In this document: positions 55,781 through 64,000 of the stretch, one piece after another
Numbering within the stretch: the stretch's first letter is position 1
Layout: every line of letters starts with the position of its first letter
Assembly: GCA_040395495.1 (NCBI GenBank)
Contig: JBEBQG010000015.1
Coordinates: 391 to 64,390 of the forward strand
From: Microbacterium hydrocarbonoxydans
GTDB lineage: Bacteria; Actinomycetota; Actinomycetes; Actinomycetales; Microbacteriaceae
Direction: 5' to 3'
DNA length: 64,000 bases
Program-made: the position numbers and the translations under genes
Notes under the pieces: generated by a model
Seen by the model: only the letters and a program-made list of their open reading frames with translations
Told to the model about the DNA's origin: nothing
Database searches by the model: none

Positions 55781-58700
55781 GTGTCTCGTCACAAGCCCCC
55801 CGTTCCCGATCCCGTCCCGTTCCCCGACCGCCGTGAGTCGCTGATCCGCCCGCTGTCCATCGCCGCGGTCCTCGCGTGCGTCGCCGTCTCCTCGTTCCCC
55901 GTCGCGGCCGCCGCCTCCTCCTCTCAGGTCGCCTCGACGGCCGCCGCCACAGCCGTGGTCGCACCCGCCGCCGTCGATCCTGCGGGCACGGCTCCCGCCG
56001 ACGGGACCATCATCAGCCTCTCCGGCGAGGCGCCGGAGAGCGGCAGCGTCGGCGACGCGATCCTGCTGCCCGCAGCGTCCGCCGCGGACGCGGACGGCTC
56101 GAAGGTCGACGTGGTCGTGACCGTGACCGACCCCACGGGGGTGGTCTCCATGGTGACCCCCGACGCCGACGGCGCCTATCCGTTCACCCCCGGCGCTCCC
56201 GGTGAGTACCTGGTCGCCTACTCCGTCACGGATGCCGCAGGAGGTATCAGCCAGGAGACGCGCACCATCGTGGTCGACGGCGAGGCGGCGCAGACCGTGG
56301 CCGCGGCGCCCACCGTCGGGGCGGTCCCCGCGGCCGAGACCGGCGGGCCCGACGTCCGGTTCTCAGCCATCGGCGACATCCACGACAACTGGAGCGAACT
56401 GGCCGAGGCCTACGACTTCTGGAAGCAGGAGAACGTCCAGACGGCGCTCTTCGTGGGCGATCTCACCAACAGCGCCACCGCGAACGAGTTCGCAGGTCTG
56501 AAGCAGACCATGGACGACAAGGCGTCACTGGGAATCCCCGCCATCGCCTCGCTCGGCAACCACGACGTGTCCGGCATCTCGTCCTACGACCTGTTCACCC
56601 AGGCGACGGGCGGTCAGAAGCCCAACGCGGACTACACCGTGAACGGGTATCACGTCATCACCGTCTCGCCCGGCAGCGGAACGCTCGACCCCGCGACCGG
56701 CAAGCCGTCGGCGGCGAGCAGCGGCAACTACGCCTACGCCCAGTCGTGGCTGCAGCAGCGGCTGACCGCAGCGACGACCGAGGACCCGACCAAGCCGGTC
56801 ATGGTGCTGGTGCACCACCCGCTGCAGTGCACGCACTACGTCTCCAACGAGTGGTACGGCACCGGTCTCTCGAGCGGATGCGGGGACGGATTCCAGTCGG
56901 TGTTCGACGACTTCCCGCAGGCCGTCGTCTGGGGCGGGCACATCCACACGCCGCAGAACATCCCGACCTCCATCTGGCAGGGTCAGGAGGATCGCGCCGG
57001 GCAGAAGGCGGGCAAGGGCTTCACGACCGTGAACGCGCCGCCGCTGGCCTACTACGAGTTCGAGTCCGGCGTCATCAACACCAGCCCCACGAGTCGGGGC
57101 AACGACACCACTCCGGACGACGCGGGCGACAACCGGCAGACGGCGATCGTCGAGATCACCGGGACGGTCGTGACCATCAAGAACTACGATCTCCTCGCCG
57201 ACCAGTGGATCGACCAGACCTGGACCTGGGACGTCGCGGACTCCGTCGACACGACGAAGAGCTACGACGAACGCTTCCCATTCAACAACACCCGTCGCGC
57301 CTCCGCGTCGGCCGGCCCGGTGTGGCCCGCAGGGTCGGCGGTGACGATCGACCAGATCTCCGGCGGCAAGGCGATGGTGTCCTTCCCGCAGGCGCAGCCG
57401 GCACCGAACGCCGTGGGCGACATCGTGCACAAGTACCGGTACTCGACCGTCGACGTCGCCACCGGCGACGAAGTGAACTCCTTCCTGCAGTGGTCCGGCT
57501 TCTACAACCTGCCGATGCCCACGAGCCGCCAGCACGAGGTCTGGGGGTTGAGCCCTTCGCGTGAGTACGAGGTGCGGGTCACTCCCGTCAACGCGTGGGG
57601 CAAGGAGGGGACGGCACTCACTGCGCGCTTCACCACGGATGCCGACGGGGGAGGAGAGGTGCCGTTCGACCCCAGCTCGCTGACCTTCGACGACCTGCGG
57701 GCGCCGATCCCGACCGCTGACCTCCTCGACGTCGGCTTCGGCGGGGGCGTCGCGACCGACGCCTCTCCGGCCGCGAGGTCGCTCACGGCCGGAGCCGACG
57801 TGGAGTTCTCTGCCGATCCGACTGTCGGCACGGAGGTCGCGGTGGGCGTCGAAGGCTCCGCTACCGGCATCCGCACGCCTGCGCTGACCGACGCCGAGTA
57901 CGCGCTCCTGCAGGACGGTTTCACGCTGGACGCGACCTTCCGCCTGGACTCGATCGACGGCGGGTACGTCGATGTGTTCGGAGGCATGCAGAGCGGAGGC
58001 ATCGGCCTGGAGGCTGTCGGTACGAGTGCGAGCACTTACGAGCTCCAGTTCTGGTACGCCTCGCCTCGCCCGACCGTTTCGCTGAAGTACGGCCAGTGGT
58101 ACCACGTCACAGCGTGGTACGACGGGCAGGACGCGAAGCTGTACGTCGACGGCGTCAAGAAGAGCGATGTCGAAGACGTCAGCTTCTCGGTCAAGCCGAG
58201 CGCAGCGTCCGCCCGCTACCTGGTGATCGGCGGCGACGCGAACACCTCGGGCGCCCTCGACGACGCCACAATGAACGGGCGCATCTCCGGAGTCGAGCTC
58301 TACAGCGACCCGCTGTCGGACAAGGATGTGTACCGCGTCGCGACGCGGGAGCTCACGCCGCTCGACACCATGCCCCCGCTGGTGCGCGTGGACCCCGCAC
58401 CGGCGGCGGATGCGGTGGTCGGCCAGCCCTACGCCGCGCCCGTGGCGGAGGCGGTCGACAACTCCGGTCGCGTCACCGCGGCACTCGAGGTGACCGACCC
58501 CACGGGCGCGCCCGTCGAGGTGGCGGGTGCAGCGCCCTCCGCCGAACGGTTCGCCGTCGCCGCGGCGGCCGCCGGATACAGGTTCACCCCGCGCGTCTCC
58601 GGTGTGTACACGCTCCGCTACGTCGCGACGGATGCCGCGGCGCGCCAGAATCAGGTGACATTCACGGTCACCGCCGCCGTGGGCACCGGCGGGGAGAACC

Positions 58701-58912
58701 CCGGCGGGGAGAACCCGGGCGGAGGCACGCCGGGCGGGGGCACGCCGTCCGGCGGCGGCACCGCCCCCGGGGGCTCCGGTTCGGGAGACGCCCTCGCCGC
58801 CACGGGAGGGGAGGCGCCGGCTCTCATCGGGTTCGCGGCCCTGGCCCTCCTCGCGGCGGGAGCGGTGCTCGTCCGTCGCGTCTCCGCCCGCCGCGCGGGT
58901 GAGCGCGCATGA
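55781..58912 (+). CDS. cell-wall anchored multidomain protein: Ig-like repeats, calcineurin-like metallophosphoesterase, LamG/concanavalin-like domain, LAxTG sorting signal
   Basis: GTG at 55781 with RBS AGAGGA and a signal peptide. Metallophosphoesterase motifs are SAIGDIHDN, FVGDLTN, SLGNHD, LVHHP and GGHIHTP. The LamG-like block is GFTLDATFRL...WYHVTAWYDGQDAKLYVDGV. The C-terminus has LAATG, a hydrophobic segment and a basic tail. Confidence 0.75.
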   Translation: MSRHKPPVPDPVPFPDRRESLIRPLSIAAVLACVAVSSFPVAAAASSSQVASTAAATAVVAPAAVDPAGTAPADGTIISLSGEAPESGSVGDAILLPAASAADADGSKVDVVVTVTDPTGVVSMVTPDADGAYPFTPGAPGEYLVAYSVTDAAGGISQETRTIVVDGEAAQTVAAAPTVGAVPAAETGGPDVRFSAIGDIHDNWSELAEAYDFWKQENVQTALFVGDLTNSATANEFAGLKQTMDDKASLGIPAIASLGNHDVSGISSYDLFTQATGGQKPNADYTVNGYHVITVSPGSGTLDPATGKPSAASSGNYAYAQSWLQQRLTAATTEDPTKPVMVLVHHPLQCTHYVSNEWYGTGLSSGCGDGFQSVFDDFPQAVVWGGHIHTPQNIPTSIWQGQEDRAGQKAGKGFTTVNAPPLAYYEFESGVINTSPTSRGNDTTPDDAGDNRQTAIVEITGTVVTIKNYDLLADQWIDQTWTWDVADSVDTTKSYDERFPFNNTRRASASAGPVWPAGSAVTIDQISGGKAMVSFPQAQPAPNAVGDIVHKYRYSTVDVATGDEVNSFLQWSGFYNLPMPTSRQHEVWGLSPSREYEVRVTPVNAWGKEGTALTARFTTDADGGGEVPFDPSSLTFDDLRAPIPTADLLDVGFGGGVATDASPAARSLTAGADVEFSADPTVGTEVAVGVEGSATGIRTPALTDAEYALLQDGFTLDATFRLDSIDGGYVDVFGGMQSGGIGLEAVGTSASTYELQFWYASPRPTVSLKYGQWYHVTAWYDGQDAKLYVDGVKKSDVEDVSFSVKPSAASARYLVIGGDANTSGALDDATMNGRISGVELYSDPLSDKDVYRVATRELTPLDTMPPLVRVDPAPAADAVVGQPYAAPVAEAVDNSGRVTAALEVTDPTGAPVEVAGAAPSAERFAVAAAAAGYRFTPRVSGVYTLRYVATDAAARQNQVTFTVTAAVGTGGENPGGENPGGGTPGGGTPSGGGTAPGGSGSGDALAATGGEAPALIGFAALALLAAGAVLVRRVSARRAGERA

Positions 58913-60243
58913 CGCGCGTCCGCACCGCTGTCGCGATCGTCGTCGCCCTCACCGGGGCCGCCGTCAGCATCCTGCTGGCGGCGGCCCCGGCCGCGGCGCA
59001 CAGCTATTCCGCGACCGTCTATGCGCAGGTGTCCGAACCCGAGCGCGGGGTCGTGCGCACCGTGCTCGATCTGGAGTACGTGCTCCTCGCCACGGACGGC
59101 GCGCGTGCGATGGGGGACGACGCGTTCGAACAGGAGGCCTTCGCCGACGTCCAGGCATCCGGCCAGGATCCCGAGAAGCTCACCACCTCCGTCCTCGACG
59201 CGCATCCCGACACCGTCGACGGCTACGTGCTCCCGCGCTTCGCGGTCGGCGTGGCGGTCGACGGCGAGGTCGCGTCGACCTGTCCGAACGAGAGGGTGGC
59301 CCCGTACGAGATCGTGATGCGCGACGGCGTCCCGCACGTGCGCATCGTCCTCGAGGCGGACTGCTCCGACCGGGTCGAGGCGATGCCCGTGCCCTATTCG
59401 ATCACGACCAGGCTGTTCCCCGGCACGGCGCCGGGCGGGATGACGACCACCGTCGTCCAGTACGACGTGCGTTCGGGATCGGGCGTGGCCAGCCTCGACA
59501 CCGACACGAACCCCACGATGGTCACGACCACCGACTGGGGCTCGCGCATGGGGGAGTTCCTCGTCCTCGGTGCCGAGCACCTGCTGCTCGGGCCCGACCA
59601 CCTGCTCTTCCTGCTGGCGCTCATCATCGGATCGCGTCGTCTGCGCGACATCGTGCTCGCGGCGACCGCCTTCACCATCGCCCATTCCACGACGTTCATC
59701 CTCGCGGCGCTGGGAGTCGTGAGCGTGCCCGCGTGGATCGTGGAGCCGGCCATCGCGCTGTCCATCGCGGTGGTCGCACTGTGGGAGATGCGGCGGTACC
59801 GCGCCGCACGGCGGGTGCGGGGAAGCGTCACGGGCCCCGAGCAGCCCCGCGGCGACGACATCGAGACGGGCGGAGGCGGTGCCGCCGTCGCCGTGCGAGA
59901 GCGCACCCTCGTCGTGGCTCGGCCGGAGGCTCCGACGCGGGCCGACGCGTTCGGCCGCGCCGACCTGGTGCGGCTGGCGGTGGTGTTCGTCTTCGGTCTC
60001 ATGCACGGCGTCGGCTTCGCCGGTGCGCTGGGGATCGACGAGCCGTTCTCCTGGGACCTCCTCGGGGCGCTGCTGGTGTTCAACGTGGGCATCGAGCTCG
60101 CGCAGCTGGCCGTGATCGCGGTGGTCTTCCCGCTCTTCGTGCTCCTGCGTAAGCGGGTGCCGTCCGCGGGCCTCTGGATCGCGGGAGCGGTCGCGGTCGT
60201 CGGGATGTTCTGGTTCGTCGAGAGGATCATCGGCGCAGGATGA
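58909..60243 (+). CDS. HupE/UreJ family (HupE_UreJ_2-like) membrane protein with N-terminal extracytoplasmic domain
   Basis: The ATG overlaps the upstream stop (ATGA). It has a signal peptide and a soluble domain of about 200 aa. These are followed by GAEHLLLGPDHLLFLLALI and GLMHGVGFAGAL membrane motifs with conserved His residues. Confidence 0.7.
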   Translation: MTRVRTAVAIVVALTGAAVSILLAAAPAAAHSYSATVYAQVSEPERGVVRTVLDLEYVLLATDGARAMGDDAFEQEAFADVQASGQDPEKLTTSVLDAHPDTVDGYVLPRFAVGVAVDGEVASTCPNERVAPYEIVMRDGVPHVRIVLEADCSDRVEAMPVPYSITTRLFPGTAPGGMTTTVVQYDVRSGSGVASLDTDTNPTMVTTTDWGSRMGEFLVLGAEHLLLGPDHLLFLLALIIGSRRLRDIVLAATAFTIAHSTTFILAALGVVSVPAWIVEPAIALSIAVVALWEMRRYRAARRVRGSVTGPEQPRGDDIETGGGGAAVAVRERTLVVARPEAPTRADAFGRADLVRLAVVFVFGLMHGVGFAGALGIDEPFSWDLLGALLVFNVGIELAQLAVIAVVFPLFVLLRKRVPSAGLWIAGAVAVVGMFWFVERIIGAG

Positions 60244-60245
60244 GC

Positions 60246-60280
60246 GCGTGGCCGGGGCGATGGCTCGTCCCCGGCCACGC
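60246..60280. terminator. bidirectional hairpin terminator
   Basis: GCGTGGCCGGGG-11 nt loop-CCCCGGCCACGC, a 12-bp perfect stem between convergent genes. Confidence 0.65.
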
Positions 60281-60317
60281 CGCGCCTCTCGCGCCGACCC
60301 CGCTCACACCGCCCCTC

Positions 60318-61133
60318 TCACAGCGGGTCCGCGAACACCGGCAGACCGGGAGCGGCCGCTTCCAGGCGATTCCACGCGGCCATGAAGTCCGAGCGGGTGC
60401 GCCGGGGCGGCCAGGGACTCGGACGCAGTTCGAGGGGGAGCAGAGGGTCGACGCGCAGGGCGTGGTCGAGTCCCTCGCTGAGGCGGAGGGCGGCGGCCAT
60501 GACGCCGATCTCATCGGACGGCGGCTCGACCTGCATCCGCGCCAGCAGGTCGTCGAGCGGTGCGCATCCCTCGATCACCAGGGCCGCCGGCCACAGCCTT
60601 TCGGCGATCGCCGAGTCGTCCTGGCACCCGGGGACGACGAGATCCCTCGTGGTCGCGCTCGCCAGGCGCGAGTCGACCGCGTCGCCGAGCTCACGCGAGA
60701 GCTCGGACCCGAGATCGTGCGGCGAGACGTAGAGACCGGGGGTGAGGGCGGCGGCGCCGAGGTCGGTGAGGGCGGTGCGAAGAGCATCGCGTTCGGCACG
60801 TCTCCCCTCCGGGATCGAGAAGGCGTAGAGACGCCAGGATCCGTCCCACGGATGACGGCCGTCATCCTGTGCGAAGGCGAAGTCGAGGAGGCGCAGCGCC
60901 GTGCGTTCGCTCCTCGCACCCTCCTCGTCGCGCACGAGCGTCCCGCCCCTGCCCCTGCCGACCTGGTGCAGGAGCCCGGCGGACTGCATGCGCCGGATGG
61001 TGAGCCGCACATTCTGCTCCGGGAGGCCGAGTGCGAGGCCGAGGTCGTACACCGTGCTCAGCGCCGCGGTGCCGTCCGAACCGAAGCATCCCTCGATCAG
61101 GGTGCGCGGCGACACGGAGAGCATCGTCGTCAT
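60318..61133 (-). CDS. PaaX family transcriptional regulator
   Basis: Start MTTMLSVSPRTLIEG at 61133. The N-terminal winged helix is VYDLGLALGLPEQNVRLTIRRMQSAGLL. PaaX-like middle and C-terminal domains (WDGSWRLYAFSIPE...LGAAALTPGLYVSP). Confidence 0.75.
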   Translation of the reverse strand: MTTMLSVSPRTLIEGCFGSDGTAALSTVYDLGLALGLPEQNVRLTIRRMQSAGLLHQVGRGRGGTLVRDEEGARSERTALRLLDFAFAQDDGRHPWDGSWRLYAFSIPEGRRAERDALRTALTDLGAAALTPGLYVSPHDLGSELSRELGDAVDSRLASATTRDLVVPGCQDDSAIAERLWPAALVIEGCAPLDDLLARMQVEPPSDEIGVMAAALRLSEGLDHALRVDPLLPLELRPSPWPPRRTRSDFMAAWNRLEAAAPGLPVFADPL

Positions 61134-61627
61134 GAGCTCGATTCTCGCAGGCTCTCCGCGCCCTCCCACGGGTAGCCGTGTCGGCGGAACGCGGCGGCGA
61201 TCGCCGCGCGACCGCCCTCCACGTCGTCGTCGAAGAGCACCCGTCCCTCGGGGGACTCGATGCGGACCTTCTGTCCGCGGCGATGGACGCCGGCGACGCT
61301 CGCGCGCTCGATGATGCGCTCGTCGTCCCCTTCGCGCACCAGGATGCGCTCGTCGTCGATGGTCAGGATCGCGCTCTCGTGCGTGATGAAGAGCGCGATC
61401 CCCAGGCCGACCAGCCCGAGCACGGCGGGGCGGCCGACGACCATGGCGGGCGAGTCGAAGGTCGCGAGCACCTTGAGCCAGTCGATGAAGGGCAGGGGCC
61501 ACGCGCCCACGGTGGTGAGGATCCAGGGCAGCGCGAGCCCGAGCCCGACACCGGCCGCGCCGCACACGGCCCAGACCAGGAGCTTCGTCCCCGTGTCCAT
61601 CCGGAGCACGGTCGCCTCTGTCGTCAT
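61130..61627 (-). CDS. hypothetical membrane protein, translationally coupled to the PaaX-family gene
   Basis: ATG at 61627 with RBS GAGGGGG; the codons of the 61654 extension have low third-position GC. Two TM segments are followed by a soluble C-terminal half. ATGA overlap with the next gene. Confidence 0.55.
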   Translation of the reverse strand: MTTEATVLRMDTGTKLLVWAVCGAAGVGLGLALPWILTTVGAWPLPFIDWLKVLATFDSPAMVVGRPAVLGLVGLGIALFITHESAILTIDDERILVREGDDERIIERASVAGVHRRGQKVRIESPEGRVLFDDDVEGGRAAIAAAFRRHGYPWEGAESLRESSS

Positions 61628-61729
61628 CGCGACCCCCTCATTTCTATCGTTCACATTACGAGCGTATCAAGAATGTTAGAACGATGGCCGGCTCGCGGTC
61701 GACGGCTCCGTCACCTGCTCTGAGGAGCT

Positions 61730-62935
61730 CTAGGCGCTCGCCGCGTCCTTGCGCGCCGCGACGAGGTCTACGATCCCGACGACCGCGGCGAGCACGGCGA
61801 CGACGGCGCTGAAGATCAGCCCGGCCGGACGGAGGCCGATGACGCCGGCGAGAATGCCGACGCCGATCGCGGGCAGCGCCAGCATCACGTAGAGGCCGGC
61901 GAAGAACGACGACGAGACCTCGCCGCGGTGGGCTGGCGGCACCTGCTCCACGGTCGTCGCGATGCCGCCGTTCAGGCAGAGCCCTCCGGACAGGCCGAGG
62001 ATCACCGCGGAGGCCAGCAGCGGAGCCAGCGTCGTGGTGGCCAGCGCGAGAGCGAGGGATGCCGCGGCGACGACGAGGCCGACGCAACCGGTCGGGAGCG
62101 TCGAACGCGGCGTCATCCGCCGCGCGATGAGCTGTCCGACGGCCATGCACGCGAAGGCGAGGAAGACGACGGAGCCCGCGAGGGCGTGGTCGTCGAGGTG
62201 CAGGTCGCGGGCGAGGAACAGTGCAGAGACGGCCGTCAGCACGCCCGTCACCGCGAAGCCGGTGCCCGCGGCGAGCACCGCGCGCACGAAGGCGCTCCGG
62301 ATCCCCGCCGGGACGCGCAGGGGCCGCGGGCGGATGCGGGCGGTGCCTCGCACAGCCGATCGCGGCGCCCAGAGCAGCAGGCCGACGAGGGCGACGACGC
62401 AGAGTGCGAGGTGCGCGGCGAAGGGCACGGCCAGGGGCAGCGGTGCGGTGGCGGCGAGGATGCCTGCGCCAAGGGTGCCGAGCGCCAGCCCGCCGGTGTT
62501 GGCCGTCACCGCGAGGGTGCCGGCCAGAGCCTTGCGGTCCGCGGGGAAGAGGTCGATGACCGCGGCCGTGCCCGTGCCGCTCATGAGCCCGGCGCCGAGG
62601 CCGGAGACGACACGGGCGACGATGAGAAGGGGGAGCGATGGCGGCAGGAGGAACAGCACGGCGGACAGCAGGGCGAGTCCGACGGCGAGGAGGAGGACGG
62701 GTCGCCGTCCGAGGTCGTCGGAGAGACGGCCGAAGAGCGACAGCGCCGCGACGACCCCGAGTGCGTAGACGGCGAACAGCACGGTGACGGTGAGCGGCGA
62801 GAAGGCGAGTGCGGCGGAGTAGATCGGGTACAGCGGTGTGGGGATGGTCGTGCCCGTCATCGTGACGAGGAAGGCGAAGGCGGTCGCGGTGACCGCGAGT
62901 CCCGGGGGAGTGCGGGCGGCAGGGGTGGACGTCAT
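61730..62935 (-). CDS. MFS transporter
   Basis: 401 aa with about 12 TM segments. The LSDDLGRRPVLL motif lies in loop 2-3. Confidence 0.85.
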   Translation of the reverse strand: MTSTPAARTPPGLAVTATAFAFLVTMTGTTIPTPLYPIYSAALAFSPLTVTVLFAVYALGVVAALSLFGRLSDDLGRRPVLLLAVGLALLSAVLFLLPPSLPLLIVARVVSGLGAGLMSGTGTAAVIDLFPADRKALAGTLAVTANTGGLALGTLGAGILAATAPLPLAVPFAAHLALCVVALVGLLLWAPRSAVRGTARIRPRPLRVPAGIRSAFVRAVLAAGTGFAVTGVLTAVSALFLARDLHLDDHALAGSVVFLAFACMAVGQLIARRMTPRSTLPTGCVGLVVAAASLALALATTTLAPLLASAVILGLSGGLCLNGGIATTVEQVPPAHRGEVSSSFFAGLYVMLALPAIGVGILAGVIGLRPAGLIFSAVVAVLAAVVGIVDLVAARKDAASA

Positions 62936-63047
62936 GGAACGCTCCTAATAAAGAGACATCGTGTATCGGAACAGTAGCACGAATCCAAGACACACTGTCT
63001 CGTATTCATTTCGAAGCACCGGGTACCGGAACTGCTACGGTCAACGC

Positions 63048-63617
63048 ATGAGCGAGAGTCCCCGCCCCCTCGGACGGCCCCGGAGCGAAGGGGCCCGGCT
63101 CGCGGTGCTCCACGCAGCCGACGATCTCCTCGTCGAGCAGGGGTACGCGGCGATGACCATGAAGGGGATCGCCGAGCGCGCGGGCGTGGGGCGCCAGACC
63201 GTGTACAGGTGGTGGTCGTCGAAAGCGGAGATCCTCCTCGAGGCGAGCGCGGCCGATGCGCGCCGTGAGCTCGTCGTCGACGACGACGGCAGCGCCGAGG
63301 AGCAGGTGGTCGCCTTCCTCACGGCGCTGGCGGAGTTCCTCACCGCGACGGATGCCGGACTCGCCTATCGCGCGCTCCTCGGGGAGGCGCAGCACGACCG
63401 GCGGGTCGCCGAGCTGCTCCGGGAGACGGATGTGCTGGGGGAATCCGCCCGGACGGTGCTCGGGCGACTCCCCGCGTGGGGGGAGTCGCCGGTCGCCGAT
63501 GACGGGATGCTCGTGCCCGAGCTCGTGGGGCCACTCGTGTTCCGCGTACTCACCGAGGGGCGAGCGCCCGGAGCGACGGAGATCACGGCGGCCGCGCACC
63601 GGTTCCTGCGGCGCTGA
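63048..63617 (+). CDS. TetR/AcrR family transcriptional regulator
   Basis: ATG at 63048. HTH AAMTMKGIAERAGVGRQTVYRWWSSKAEILLEA. Divergent from the MFS gene. Confidence 0.85.
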   Translation: MSESPRPLGRPRSEGARLAVLHAADDLLVEQGYAAMTMKGIAERAGVGRQTVYRWWSSKAEILLEASAADARRELVVDDDGSAEEQVVAFLTALAEFLTATDAGLAYRALLGEAQHDRRVAELLRETDVLGESARTVLGRLPAWGESPVADDGMLVPELVGPLVFRVLTEGRAPGATEITAAAHRFLRR

Positions 63618-63660
63618 CCCGTCGGCTCATGGCGCGACACGCCCGGCGGGAGAGCCTGAT

Positions 63661-63689
63661 TTGCCAGTCCCCGCGGATCCACGTAAGTT
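63661..63689 (+). promoter_or_regulatory. candidate promoter (TTGCCA-17-TAAGTT)
   Basis: -35 at 63661-63666 and -10 at 63684-63689. Its flanks are similar to those of the two promoters downstream. Confidence 0.45.
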
Positions 63690-63837
63690 ATTACCTGTTC
63701 GCCCCACAGGGAAGCGGAGAGGCCGAGAGCCTTACCCCCCTCAAGCGGAGAACCACCTCCATTCGATCGGCTCCTCGGAGCGGGTCGCAGACACACTTCT
63801 GTCTGAGCTGGAGCTTCCGAACTCGGACGGCGTCGAT

Positions 63838-63865
63838 TTGACAGCACGACGAGAACGGATAAGCT
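63838..63865 (+). promoter_or_regulatory. candidate strong promoter (TTGACA-16-TAAGCT), first copy of a 46-nt repeat
   Basis: GTCGATTTGACAGCACGACGAGAACGGATAAGCTAGTGAAGTTGCC at 63832-63877. Confidence 0.6.
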
Positions 63866-63933
63866 AGTGAAGTTGCCTCGGCGCGATAAGCGCCAGGTCG
63901 CAGATCTGGTTCCGAACATTACGGCGTGTCGAT

Positions 63934-63961
63934 TTGACAGCCTGAATGACACGGATAAGAT
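63934..63961 (+). promoter_or_regulatory. candidate strong promoter (TTGACA-16-TAAGAT), second copy of a 46-nt repeat
   Basis: GTCGATTTGACAGCCTGAATGACACGGATAAGATAGAGAAGTTGCC at 63928-63973, 96 bp after the first copy. Confidence 0.6.
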
Positions 63962-64000
63962 AGAGAAGTTGCCCTTCGGGCCTGGTTGTGATGACTGGGT

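Overview
High-GC actinobacterial chromosomal segment. Gene content and synteny suggest a Microbacteriaceae-like organism (inference): groEL2 with CIRCE, bacterial XPB, csp, serC, ideR, leuA, mscL, galU, a C50-carotenoid crt operon, Lsr2 and an LAxTG sorting signal. I call 63 protein genes, 2 tRNAs (Arg-CCU, Ala-CGC), a guanidine-III riboswitch in front of an SMR exporter and two CIRCE operators. There are also several long-stem hairpin terminators, and three tandem consensus-like promoters at the right edge that probably drive an rRNA operon beyond the window. I saw no transposase, integrase, prophage or CRISPR array, and most of the window is ordinary core genome. Many long ORFs in the track are GC-rich shadow frames or 5' extensions; I trimmed starts using RBS, stop/start overlaps and third-position GC. 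The parts worth a second look are listed here. (1) A 592-bp gap upstream of a GAF-LuxR regulator holds about 20 head-to-tail degenerate 16-18 nt repeats. (2) An MGMT-fold protein whose catalytic Cys is Val is divergent from a 1239-aa SF1 helicase-like protein lacking the Walker A Lys and Walker B Glu; a perfect 33-bp palindrome lies between them. (3) A single polypeptide combines an ECF sigma factor, a ZAS anti-sigma motif, a membrane segment and an extracellular domain. (4) Two convergent genes overlap by 164 bp, so a Lys-rich tail on one strand is read as a Ser/Pro-rich tail on the other. (5) An LAxTG-anchored metallophosphoesterase-LamG protein is translationally coupled to a HupE/UreJ-type membrane protein. 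(6) Candidate unannotated RNA elements include a structured region ending in an orphan terminator and the long leader of an M23 peptidase gene. All family names come from motif recognition by eye; no searches were run.
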